Assembly: GCA_964389945.1 (NCBI GenBank)
Contig: CAYMGL010000001.1
Coordinates: 1-50,479 of the forward strand
Direction: 5' to 3'
Source of the DNA: an uncultured Actinomycetota bacterium
GTDB lineage: Bacteria; Actinomycetota; Nitriliruptoria; Nitriliruptorales; Nitriliruptoraceae
DNA length: 50,479 bases
Below, in pieces: positions 8,653-17,290 of the stretch (its first letter is position 1; each line of letters opens with the position of its first letter). Position numbers and translations under genes: made by a program. A model generated the notes under the pieces. It made no database searches. It was not told where the DNA came from and saw only the letters and a program-made list of their open reading frames with translations.

Positions 8653-9120
8653 TCATCCCTGCGGCTTCGCGTCCAGCTGCCCGAGGATGCGGTCGCAGAT
8701 GCGCTCGAGGTCGGCCACGTCCTGCGCCGACAGGCCGTCCAGGACGAGGGTCCGCACCGCTTCCACGTGGCCGGGTGCGGTGGCGACGACCTTCGCCCAG
8801 CCAGCGTCGGTCAGCACCGCGTTGCTCGCCCGGCCGTCGTCGGGGCTCGGCTCCCGGGTGACCCAGCCGCGCTCCTCCAGCCGCGTGACGACGTGCGACA
8901 ACCGTGACTGCGTGGCGTTGGACTGCGCCGCCAGCTCCTTGAGCTGGAGGGTCCGGCCCTCGGCCTCGCTGAGCAGCGCGAGCACCCAGTACTCGTAGTG
9001 GGTCATGTCGGCATCGGCCTGCAGCTGCCGCTCGAGCTCGGACGGCAGCTTGAGGACGACGGCCGCCAGCCGGCGCCAGGCCCGCTGCTCGTCGTCGTCC
9101 AGCCACCGCGGTTCAGGCAC
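8653..9120 (-). CDS. MarR family transcriptional regulator
   Basis: Winged-helix core LKELAAQSNATQSRLSHVVTRLEERGWVTREPSPDDGRASNAVLTDAG; size 155 aa. Confidence 0.85.
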   Translation of the reverse strand: MPEPRWLDDDEQRAWRRLAAVVLKLPSELERQLQADADMTHYEYWVLALLSEAEGRTLQLKELAAQSNATQSRLSHVVTRLEERGWVTREPSPDDGRASNAVLTDAGWAKVVATAPGHVEAVRTLVLDGLSAQDVADLERICDRILGQLDAKPQG

Positions 9121-10330
9121 GGCCGGCCTCCGGCGCCGTGACCTGCTCGCCGAGCAGCGACGACACGATCCGCTCGGCGATCGCCAGCGAGGACGTCGCG
9201 GCCGGTGACGGCGCGTTGCGCACGACGACCAGGCCGTCCTCGTGGTCGATCACGAAGTCGTCGACGAGGCGTCCGTCGCGGTCGACCGCCTGCGCGCGGA
9301 TCCCGTTGCCAGCCGGCTCGAGGTCGCCGGCCTCGACGCCGGGGAGGTAGGACGCCACCTCGGTCGCGTAGCGACGCCGGCTGACGGCCTGCAGGAACTC
9401 GCGGACCCCCGCCCGCCAGTGCTCGACAGCGAGTCGCCAGAACCCGGGCCACCGCAGCATGGCCGCCACGTCCCGTCCGTCGACGTCCCACGGGCGGTAG
9501 CCCTCCCGCGCCAGGGCGAGCAGGGCGTTGGGGCCCGCCAGCACCTCGTCGTCGATCGTCCGCGTCAGGTGCACGCCGAGGAAGGGGTAGCGCGGGTCGG
9601 GCACCGGGTAGACCAGCGCACGCACCCGCTGGGCGTGCTCCTCGCTGAGTCGCGTCCAGCTGCCGCGGAACGGCACGACCGCCGGGCTGGCGTCGAAGCC
9701 GGCCGACTGCGCGAGCCGGTCCCCCTGCAGTCCCGCGCAGACGACGGCTGCGTCGAAGCGTTCCACGCCACGGTCCGTCGCCACCTCGATGGCGTCACCG
9801 CGCCGGCGGACTGCGCCGACCTCGGTGCTGCGCCGCACGGTCCCGCCCCCAGCAGCCACGAGGTCCGCGAGTCGTCGCGTGACCACCGCGAAGTCCACGA
9901 CGCCGGTCCGCGGTGAGTGCAGGGCGCGGACCCCGGCGATCTCGGGCTCGACCTCGCGCAGCTCGGCCGGGCCGACCAGTCGGGCACCCGGCACCTCGTT
10001 GGCCGTCGCCCGCGCCAGCAGCTCCTCGAGGCCACGCTCCTCGGCCGCGTCCCGGGCCACGATCAGCTTGCCGCACGTGCGGACCGGGATGCGCTGGTCC
10101 TCGCAGAAGGTGACCATGAGCCGCCGCCCGCGGGTGCACAGCACCGCCTTGTCCGAGCCCGGCGTGTAGTAGACGCCCGCGTGGAGCACACCGCTGTTGC
10201 GGCCGGACTGGTGCCGGGCGAGGGCGGGCTCCTTCTCGAGGACCACGACCTCGGCGCCGGGCCGGGCCTGCAGGAGCTGCCGCGCCACGGCGAGCCCGAC
10301 GATGCCACCGCCGACGACCGCGACACGCAT
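9113..10330 (-). CDS. lhgO: L-2-hydroxyglutarate oxidase/dehydrogenase (FAD-dependent)
   Basis: Start ATG 10330 with GAGGAG upstream. Dinucleotide fold MRVAVVGGGIVGLA. HQSGRNSGVLHAGVYYTPGSDKA matches the LhgO/YgaF signature as I recall it. The stop overlaps the marR start by 8 nt. Confidence 0.75.
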   Translation of the reverse strand: MRVAVVGGGIVGLAVARQLLQARPGAEVVVLEKEPALARHQSGRNSGVLHAGVYYTPGSDKAVLCTRGRRLMVTFCEDQRIPVRTCGKLIVARDAAEERGLEELLARATANEVPGARLVGPAELREVEPEIAGVRALHSPRTGVVDFAVVTRRLADLVAAGGGTVRRSTEVGAVRRRGDAIEVATDRGVERFDAAVVCAGLQGDRLAQSAGFDASPAVVPFRGSWTRLSEEHAQRVRALVYPVPDPRYPFLGVHLTRTIDDEVLAGPNALLALAREGYRPWDVDGRDVAAMLRWPGFWRLAVEHWRAGVREFLQAVSRRRYATEVASYLPGVEAGDLEPAGNGIRAQAVDRDGRLVDDFVIDHEDGLVVVRNAPSPAATSSLAIAERIVSSLLGEQVTAPEAGRA

Positions 10331-10399
10331 CCGGCTGCTCCTCGGGGTCGCACGGTGGACGGGGACCTGTTGCACCCTACGCCGACCTAGGGTGGCCGC

Positions 10400-11041
10400 A
10401 TGCTCGCCTTCGACCACCTCATCGTCACCACGACCGACGTCCGCGCGCTCGCGGCGACGTTCCGCGAGCTGACGGGGCTCGCGGCGGTGGAGGGGGGTCG
10501 GCACCCCGGCCACGGCACCGGCAACTGGTTGGTGCCGCTCGGCGACGCCTACGTGGAGCTGCTCGCGGTCGTCGACGAGGCCGAGGCACGGACCAGTCCG
10601 TTCGGCCGCTGGGTGCTCGAGCGCGACCAGCACGGGCTGGCCATGGTCTGCCTGCGCACCGACGACGCCGACACGACGGCGGCGCGACTGGACCGGACCG
10701 CGACACCGATGTCGCGTGTGACGACCGACGGCACCGAGCTGCGGTGGCGGCTGGTCGGCCTCGACGACGCCGTCTCACCGGCTGCGCTGCCGTTCTTCAT
10801 CCAGTGGGACCTCGCCGACGCGTCCCAGCACCCCGGCCGCACGGACGTCCGGCACGACGTCACACCGCACGGGATCACCGGCCTCGACCTCGGCGGCGAC
10901 CCCGACCGGTTGTCGGCGTGGCTGGGGCCGCACGACCTGCCAGTCCGCCTCGTCGGGGGCGAGCCGGGTCCCGACCGCGCCACGATCGCGACCGACGCCG
11001 GACCGGTCGTCCTGACACGCGGGGGCCTCGCCCGAGGGTGA
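10400..11041 (+). CDS. VOC / glyoxalase-like domain protein
   Basis: MLAFDHLIVTTTDV...GTGNWLVPLGDAYVELLAV pattern of glyoxalase-like domain proteins; 213 aa. Confidence 0.65.
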   Translation: MLAFDHLIVTTTDVRALAATFRELTGLAAVEGGRHPGHGTGNWLVPLGDAYVELLAVVDEAEARTSPFGRWVLERDQHGLAMVCLRTDDADTTAARLDRTATPMSRVTTDGTELRWRLVGLDDAVSPAALPFFIQWDLADASQHPGRTDVRHDVTPHGITGLDLGGDPDRLSAWLGPHDLPVRLVGGEPGPDRATIATDAGPVVLTRGGLARG

Positions 11042-11048
11042 GGCGCGA

Positions 11049-12575
11049 TCAGGCCGCCGGACTGGAGTCGCGGAACTCGACGCCCTCGTCGTCGAGCTCG
11101 CCCCTCCGGAACATCCGCAGGTCCTTGCGGTAGTTCTGGTGCAGCGACCAGGGGTCCCGGGTGCCCTGGCGTGGCAGCAGGTGCAGGGAGCGGCGCACGT
11201 ACCCGGCATCGAGGTCGAGCAGCGGCCGCGTGCCGGCCTCCGCAGGCGGGCGCCGGGGGACCACGACGTCCAGGCCCCTGCGCTCCATGTGGTCGAGCAG
11301 GCGCGTCACGTAGTCGGAGACCAGGTCGGCCTTGAGCGTCCACGACGCGTTGGTGTAGCCGACCGTGAAGGCCAGGTTCGGCACGCCCGACAGCATCATG
11401 CCCTTGTAGGCGATCGTCTCCGCGGGGTCGACGGCCTCGCCGTCGACGGCCAGCTCCATGCCACCGAGCAGCAGCAGTTGCAGACCGGTCGCGGTGACGA
11501 CGACGTCGGCCTCCAGCACCTGCCCCGAGCCGGTGACGACGCCCTGCGGCACGAAACGCTCGATCGTGTCCGTGACGACCGTGGCGTCGCCGGAGCGCAG
11601 CGCCGCGAACAGGTCGTCGTTCGGGATGAGGCAGACGCGCTGGTCCCACGGGTCGTAGCGCGGCGTGAAGTGCCGGGCCACGTCGAAGTCGTCCGGCAGC
11701 TGCCGGGCGACGCCAGCGACGAAGACGCGATGCATGAACCGCGGGAAGCGCCGACTGAGGCGGTACGACACGTGCTGCAGCGTGACGTTCTTCCACTTCA
11801 CCAACCGGTGCGCGAGGTGCGGCGGCAGGAACCGCCGCAGCAGGTCCGCGATCGGGTCGGTGTCCGGCAGCGACAGCACGTAGGTGGGCGAGCGCTGCAG
11901 CATGGTGACGTGCCCCACGCTGCCGGCCAGGGCCGGCACGAGCGTCATCGCGGTCGCCCCCGAACCGATGACCAGGACGTCCTTGTCGGTCCCGTCGAAG
12001 TCCTCGGGCCAGTGCTGGGGGTGGACGAGCTCCCCCGCGAAGTCGTCCATCCCGTCGAACTCGGGCAGGTGGCCCTCGTCGTAGCGGTAGTAGCCCGTGC
12101 AGGCGTGGACGAAGCGCGCCGTCAGCGTCTCGGTCCCGGCCGGGCCGTCGACCGTCGCGGTCCACCGCGCCGCGACGCCGTCCCACGACAGGCGCACGAC
12201 CCGACGCCGGTACCGGACGTGCTCGTCCACACCGTGCTCGGCCGCGGTCGCGCGCACGTACGACAGGATCGACGGTCCGTCGGCGATCGCCTTCGCGCCC
12301 GGCCACGGTCGGAAGTCGTAGCCGAGCGTGAACATGTCCGAGTCCGACCGGACGCCCGGGTAGCGGAACAGGTCCCACGTCCCCCCGATCGCGTCGCGCG
12401 CCTCGAGGACGACGAACGAGTCGTCCGGACGATCCATCGCGAGGCGGCAGGCCGCACCGATGCCGGACAGGCCCGCCCCGATCACGAGCACGTCGACGTC
12501 GTCCGGCAACGGCCGGCCGCTCGTGTCAGCCACCTCTGGCACGGAGGTCGTGGCTGTCGTCGCTGGTTCCTGCAC
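11049..12575 (-). CDS. flavin-dependent Baeyer-Villiger-type monooxygenase
   Basis: FAD fold VLVIGAGLSGIGAA, BVMO fingerprint FAGELVHPQHWP (FxGxxxHxxxW), second Rossmann VLVIGSGATA. I chose the GTG start at 12575 (GGAGGG just upstream); the start is uncertain and the ORF is open to 12707. Confidence 0.8.
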   Translation of the reverse strand: MQEPATTATTSVPEVADTSGRPLPDDVDVLVIGAGLSGIGAACRLAMDRPDDSFVVLEARDAIGGTWDLFRYPGVRSDSDMFTLGYDFRPWPGAKAIADGPSILSYVRATAAEHGVDEHVRYRRRVVRLSWDGVAARWTATVDGPAGTETLTARFVHACTGYYRYDEGHLPEFDGMDDFAGELVHPQHWPEDFDGTDKDVLVIGSGATAMTLVPALAGSVGHVTMLQRSPTYVLSLPDTDPIADLLRRFLPPHLAHRLVKWKNVTLQHVSYRLSRRFPRFMHRVFVAGVARQLPDDFDVARHFTPRYDPWDQRVCLIPNDDLFAALRSGDATVVTDTIERFVPQGVVTGSGQVLEADVVVTATGLQLLLLGGMELAVDGEAVDPAETIAYKGMMLSGVPNLAFTVGYTNASWTLKADLVSDYVTRLLDHMERRGLDVVVPRRPPAEAGTRPLLDLDAGYVRRSLHLLPRQGTRDPWSLHQNYRKDLRMFRRGELDDEGVEFRDSSPAA

Positions 12576-12693
12576 GTGCCCTCCGTCGTGGCTGTCGCAC
12601 GGCCAGTGTCGTCGATCCTGCCACAGCCCGGCTGTCGCGCCGGACTCCCGGTCACGGGTCGCGCGGTGCCGTCGCCCGCCTAGCGTGGCCTCG

Positions 12694-13692
12694 ATGACCA
12701 TGTTCACCGCTCTCGCACGACGCCTGGACCGGGCCTACCGGCGCACGGGCGCGACCCTGCCGTTCGGTGATCCCACCGCGTGGCACGGCGCCGAGATGGA
12801 GGGGTGGTTCTGGCGCACCACGGACTCGACGAACGGCCGCGTGCTGGTCGTCCTGTGCGGGGTCAACCGGCACCCCGACGGGGCGTGGGCGACGGTCGCG
12901 GTCGCGGCGGAGCCCGGCGGCTTCGTGCAGGCCGCCGCGTTGCCGCGTGCCACCGCCTCGCGGGACCGGCTGTGGGTGACGGCCGGTGACGGGGCGTTCC
13001 ACGCGACCGCCGAGGAGGTCCACCTCGACCTCGGCACCGACGCCCGTGTCGACCTCCGACTCACGCGCCCGGTCCGGTGGCCGCACGCGCTCGGGGGCGG
13101 TGGCGTCTTCGCTGCGGTGCCGTTCCTCGGGCAGTACTGGCACCCGCACCTGCTCGGTGGTGGCGCGACCGGCACTGCGACGGTCGCAGGCGAGGTCTGG
13201 CACCTCGAGGACGCCGAGGTGTACGCCGAGAAGAACTGGGGTGCCGGCTTCCCGCAGCACTGGTGGTGGGGGCAGGCCCACGGCTTCGACCGGCCGGACG
13301 TCTGCGTGGCGTTCACGGGCGGGGTGCTCACGGCCGGGCCGGCCTCGGCGACCGTCGGAGGCGCCGTGCTGCGCGTCGGCGACGAGGTCGTCCGGCTCAC
13401 GCCACCGCTGGCGCGCGTGCGCAGCGAGACGGACGGCCGGCGGTGGGAGGTCGACGCCGTGGGGCCGCGCCAGCGCATCCGCATCACCGCGTCGGGCGAG
13501 GGCGACCCCCACGTCCTGCCGGTGCCGCTGCCGGCGGAGCGTCGCAACGTCGACACCGACTTCGAGTTCCTGGCCGGTGCGCTCGAGGTCGAGGCGACCG
13601 GGCGGGTGACCTACCGGGGCGCGTCGGCGCTCGCCGGCCTCGAGATCGGCCACCGGCCCGACGCCCCGCCGCAGTTCCGTCGGCAGCCGTGA
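12694..13692 (+). CDS. tocopherol-cyclase-like (VTE1/PF14249-like) protein
   Basis: Start at internal ATG 12694 (MTMFTALARR). WHGAEMEGWFWR and AEKNWGAGFPQHWWWGQA resemble the EGWYF and EKNWG..FP..W.W motifs of tocopherol cyclases (recalled, not searched). Confidence 0.55.
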   Translation: MTMFTALARRLDRAYRRTGATLPFGDPTAWHGAEMEGWFWRTTDSTNGRVLVVLCGVNRHPDGAWATVAVAAEPGGFVQAAALPRATASRDRLWVTAGDGAFHATAEEVHLDLGTDARVDLRLTRPVRWPHALGGGGVFAAVPFLGQYWHPHLLGGGATGTATVAGEVWHLEDAEVYAEKNWGAGFPQHWWWGQAHGFDRPDVCVAFTGGVLTAGPASATVGGAVLRVGDEVVRLTPPLARVRSETDGRRWEVDAVGPRQRIRITASGEGDPHVLPVPLPAERRNVDTDFEFLAGALEVEATGRVTYRGASALAGLEIGHRPDAPPQFRRQP

Positions 13693-13695
13693 GGG

Positions 13696-14442
13696 TCACA
13701 GCTCGCGGCGCGCCAGTCGCCGCTCGGCCACGGCCAGCAGCACCGGCACGACGAGCACGGTGACGACGACCGCGGGGAGCAGGTCGCGCGGTGCCGCGCC
13801 CGCCATCAGCGCGGTCGTGGCGCCGAGCAGCCGCGACGGGACCCAGTCCTCGATGACCGGCAGCAGCTGGAGGACCGGGAGGACGAGCAGGACGCCGACC
13901 GACACCAGCACGGCACCCATCGTCTGGGTCGCGATGCTCGCGGCCACGGCGACGACCGCCACGGCGAAGGTGAGGTAGAGCGCACCGACGAGCGTGCCCA
14001 GGACGAGGTCGCCGACGGGCACCGGCGCGATCAGGACACCCGTCAGCACGGCCGCGACGACCGACCCGACGGCGAGCCCGAGGCCGCCCGCGACGCTGGA
14101 CGCGACGACCCGCGGCACGACCAGTCGACGCACCGCGTCGGTCCGGGTGCGCAGGAAGGCCGCCCACTCGGGGCGGGCATCGAAGGTGAGGGCCGCCGCC
14201 GCCACGGCGAGGACCGCCAGCAGGCCGATCTGCCCGGCGTTCGAGGCGAACTGGCCCATCCCGTCCAGCGCGGTGGGTGGTGGGACCACGACCTCGATGC
14301 CCCCGCCGAAGCGCTCGAGGATCTCCGGCAGGTACCGGGCACCGAGCGGACCGATCACCCCGAACAGGACGTAGATCCCGACGATGATCCAGATGCGTCC
14401 GGTGCGGACGAGCCGCAGCAGCTCCATGCGCCACAGGGTCAT
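13696..14442 (-). CDS. ABC-2 family transporter permease
   Basis: MTLWRMELLRLVRTGRIWIIVGIYVLF start, about six hydrophobic segments, ATGA overlap with the upstream ATPase gene. Confidence 0.75.
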   Translation of the reverse strand: MTLWRMELLRLVRTGRIWIIVGIYVLFGVIGPLGARYLPEILERFGGGIEVVVPPPTALDGMGQFASNAGQIGLLAVLAVAAAALTFDARPEWAAFLRTRTDAVRRLVVPRVVASSVAGGLGLAVGSVVAAVLTGVLIAPVPVGDLVLGTLVGALYLTFAVAVVAVAASIATQTMGAVLVSVGVLLVLPVLQLLPVIEDWVPSRLLGATTALMAGAAPRDLLPAVVVTVLVVPVLLAVAERRLARREL

Positions 14443-15644
14443 GCCTGCACCTCCGTCAGCTCGAGGAAGGCCGCCTCGAGGTCCGTCGCGGGGCCGAAGG
14501 CGTGCAGGCGTGCGCCGGCCTCGGCGAGCACGCCGGTGATCCCGTGCTCGGCCGCCGCCACGTCGGTCACGACGAGCCGGTAGCCGCCGTTGCCCTCGCG
14601 CACGACCTGCTCGACCCACGGCGTCGCCGCCAGCACGCGGTCGACGCGGTCGGCCGACCCGACCCGCAGCCGGTAGACCGACGAGGTGCGTGCGAGCAGG
14701 TCCTCGATCGGCCCCTGGAACACCATGCGGCCGTCCCGGAGCACGCCGACGACGTCGCAGACCTGCTGCACGTCGGCCAGCACGTGCGTGGAGAAGATGA
14801 CCGTGCGGTCGCCGGCGAGCCGGCCGAGGAGGTCGAGCACCTCGCGGCGTCCGGCCGGGTCCAGGGCCGACGACGGCTCGTCGAGCATGAGCACCTCGGG
14901 GTCGCCGACCAGGCAGGTCGCCATGCCCAGCCGCTGGAGCATGCCGCGCGAGAACCCCCCGGTGCGCCGGTCGGCGGCGGCGGTGAGGTCGACCTCGGCC
15001 AGGGCGGCGTCGACACGGTCGGTGGGCAGCCCCGGGTCGGCGAGGTGGCGGGCGAGGTCCACGACCTCGCGGGCGGTCAGCCACGGCTCGAACGCGGGGG
15101 TGTCGGGCAGGACCGCCATGCGACGCCGGTCCACGGCGAGCTCGACGCGGCCCTCGGTCGGGCGGCGCAGGCCGGCGACCATGTCCATCAGCGTCGTCTT
15201 GCCGGCCCCGTTGGGCCCGATCAGGCCGTAGGTCGAGCCCGCGGGCACCCGTAGCTCGACGCCGTCGACGGCGGCCACGTCGTAGACCTTGCGCAGGCCG
15301 TGCGTCGCCACGACCACCGGCCCCGCGCGGCCACGGGGAGCCGTGCCGGCCTCCCGGCCGGTGGCCGCCGGCGCGTCGGCGACGGTGAAGCCCGGGCTGG
15401 TCGGCGGGACCGTCGGGGGCGGTGCGTCGACGGGCACCTCGTCGGGGTGGACACGTCCGACGAACCAGTAGAGCAGCGGACCGATCGGGAAGTTGAGCAG
15501 GACGATCACGAGTGCCCAGGCGACCTTCGGCAGCTCCTTCACCTCGCGCTGGCGCAGGTCACGCAGCAGCAGCACGTCGACCACGAGGACCACGGCCAGC
15601 AGCGGTCCCACGACGGCCCACGGGACCTCGGCGAGTTCGCTCAT
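14439..15644 (-). CDS. ABC transporter ATP-binding protein with N-terminal PLDc_N-type 2-TM domain
   Basis: GGAGGA upstream of ATG 15644. N-terminal WAVVGPLLAVVLVV...PKVAWALVIVLLNFPIGPLLYWFVGR (PLD-nuclease-N-like membrane hairpin), a Pro-rich linker, then Walker A GPNGAGKTT, signature FSRGMLQRL, Walker B VLMLDEPSSALD. Confidence 0.85.
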   Translation of the reverse strand: MSELAEVPWAVVGPLLAVVLVVDVLLLRDLRQREVKELPKVAWALVIVLLNFPIGPLLYWFVGRVHPDEVPVDAPPPTVPPTSPGFTVADAPAATGREAGTAPRGRAGPVVVATHGLRKVYDVAAVDGVELRVPAGSTYGLIGPNGAGKTTLMDMVAGLRRPTEGRVELAVDRRRMAVLPDTPAFEPWLTAREVVDLARHLADPGLPTDRVDAALAEVDLTAAADRRTGGFSRGMLQRLGMATCLVGDPEVLMLDEPSSALDPAGRREVLDLLGRLAGDRTVIFSTHVLADVQQVCDVVGVLRDGRMVFQGPIEDLLARTSSVYRLRVGSADRVDRVLAATPWVEQVVREGNGGYRLVVTDVAAAEHGITGVLAEAGARLHAFGPATDLEAAFLELTEVQA

Positions 15645-16600
15645 GCGACGTCCTCCGGTGCGACCCGTGCCGCGGGCTCGACGCAGAAGTCGGCGACGAG
15701 GTCGAGGACCTCGGGCAGCACGGGCTGCGCGGCCTGCTGCTTGTACGTGCGCACCGTGGGGTCGCCCGGCTCGTGGCGCAGGAGGTGGCTCATCCCGTCC
15801 ACCAGCTCGACCCGGACGGGACCGGCCACGAGCGCACCGATGCGCTCGGTGTGGTGCGGCGCGGACTGGATGTCCTTGGTCCCACCGACGGCCAGGACCG
15901 GCACCTCGACCCGCCGCAGCGACGCTGCCGGGTCGTGGTCGAGGAACTCGCGCATCCACCGGGCGTTGACCTTCACCAGCTGGATCCGCGCGACGTCCGT
16001 CGTCGTGGCGCGCAGCTGGGCGAACCGCTTCTCCTGGATCGTCGGCACGTCCCTGCGCAGCACCCGCAACAGCCGTTGGACCGGCCGTGGGAGCCCGGCG
16101 CTGACGGCCTCCGCCTGCTCGCGGAGCACCTCCTCCCCCGTCGTCGCCGACCCTGCGAGGAGCACCACGCCGGCGAGTCCCCGGTCGTCGGCCGCCAGCT
16201 CGGTCGCGATGATGGCGCCCTCGCTGTGGCCGACCACGACCACACGTGACGCGTCGACGCCCGGCTGGGCCCGCAGGGCCGCCAGCGCGGCACGTGCGTC
16301 GTCGACGTTGTCGTGCAGCCCCGTGGCGTGGAAGTCCCCCTCGCTCTCGCCCACGCCGCGCTTGTCGTACCGCAGTGTCGCGACGCCGGCCGCCGCGAGC
16401 CGTTCGGCGACCTGCGCCATGACGCCGATGGCGAGCCGCCTGGCGTCGGAGTCCCGGTCGACGGGGCCCGACCCGCTGATGAGCAGGGCTGCGATCGCCT
16501 GCGGCTGCGGCGCGGCAGGATCGGGGGCCGCGGACTGGAAGGTCCCGGCCAGCACGTGCTCGCCCGCGCGGAAGGTGAGGTTGGTCGAGGTCACGTGCAC
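15641..16600 (-). CDS. alpha/beta hydrolase (serine hydrolase)
   Basis: Nucleophile elbow GHSEGA. Asp/His-bearing C-terminal part (GGTKD...MSHLL). ATGA overlap with the downstream ABC ATPase gene. Confidence 0.8.
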   Translation of the reverse strand: MHVTSTNLTFRAGEHVLAGTFQSAAPDPAAPQPQAIAALLISGSGPVDRDSDARRLAIGVMAQVAERLAAAGVATLRYDKRGVGESEGDFHATGLHDNVDDARAALAALRAQPGVDASRVVVVGHSEGAIIATELAADDRGLAGVVLLAGSATTGEEVLREQAEAVSAGLPRPVQRLLRVLRRDVPTIQEKRFAQLRATTTDVARIQLVKVNARWMREFLDHDPAASLRRVEVPVLAVGGTKDIQSAPHHTERIGALVAGPVRVELVDGMSHLLRHEPGDPTVRTYKQQAAQPVLPEVLDLVADFCVEPAARVAPEDVA

Positions 16601-16639
16601 ACCCGTTCTCGGTGGGCAGTGCCATCCTGCCCGAGTGCA

Positions 16640-16690
16640 ACGATATCATTTCTGAGAACATTCGCACAATTGAGAACGACCACATATTCT
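16640..16690. promoter_or_regulatory. divergent promoter/operator region with TGAGAAC direct repeats
   Basis: Low-GC island between divergent genes. TGAGAAC at 16653-16659 and 16671-16677 (18-nt period). Candidate minus-strand promoter TTGTGC-18-TATCGT (rc of 16664-16669 / 16640-16645). Candidate plus-strand promoter TTCGCA-18-TATTCT (16661-16666 / 16685-16690). Confidence 0.45.
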
Positions 16691-16717
16691 CCGGGCTGTC
16701 GAGACGAGGAGGAGACC

Positions 16718-17266
16718 GTGCCGACGAGGTCCGGCGACCTGCTCGTCCACCCCGTCCGACTGCGGGTGGTCCGTGCCCTGCTGCGCGAGCCGACCACGGC
16801 CGGGGAGCTCCAGCAGGTCCTCGGCGACGTCCCGCAGGCGACGCTCTACCGCCACCTCGCCGCGCTCGAGGAGGGCGGGATCATCGAGGTCGTCGAACGA
16901 CGCCAGGCACGCGGTGGCGTCGAGCGGACGTTCGCCGTCGTCGACGGCGCGGCCCGGCTGGGGGCGGAGGACCTCGAGGGCGCCACGGCCGACGACCACC
17001 TGCGCTGGTTCACGACCTTCGTCGGCACGCTGCTGACGGACTTCGCGGCCTACCTCGACAGCGACGACGTCGACCTCGCGGCCGACCGCGTCGGCTACCA
17101 CCAGGTGCCGCTGTGGCTGCGCGACGACGAGCTCGACGCGTTCACCGAGGAGCTGCGCGCCCTCGTCGACCGCCACCGCGGCAACGACCCCGACGGGACC
17201 CGGCGCCGCCGCATCCTCACCACGGTCCTGCTGCCCGACGACCGGGCACGCCCCGACGACGCCTGA
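16718..17266 (+). CDS. ArsR-type helix-turn-helix transcriptional regulator
   Basis: GAGGAGGAG upstream of GTG 16718. HPVRLRVVRALLREPTTAGELQQVLGDVPQATLYRHLAALEEGGIIEVV winged-helix pattern. Confidence 0.75.
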   Translation: MPTRSGDLLVHPVRLRVVRALLREPTTAGELQQVLGDVPQATLYRHLAALEEGGIIEVVERRQARGGVERTFAVVDGAARLGAEDLEGATADDHLRWFTTFVGTLLTDFAAYLDSDDVDLAADRVGYHQVPLWLRDDELDAFTEELRALVDRHRGNDPDGTRRRRILTTVLLPDDRARPDDA

Positions 17267-17290
17267 CGTCCGCCACGTCGCAGCGCCCCG

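Noticed and set aside
14439-16685. Single 748-aa minus-strand ORF suggesting one giant fusion protein
   Set aside because: Only the C-terminal 401 aa (from ATG 15644, with GGAGGA upstream) look like a real protein, namely the PLDc_N hairpin plus ABC ATPase. The upstream part is Arg/Gly/Pro-rich and lies out of frame over the alpha/beta hydrolase gene, which has its own GHSEGA motif and ATGA-coupled stop.
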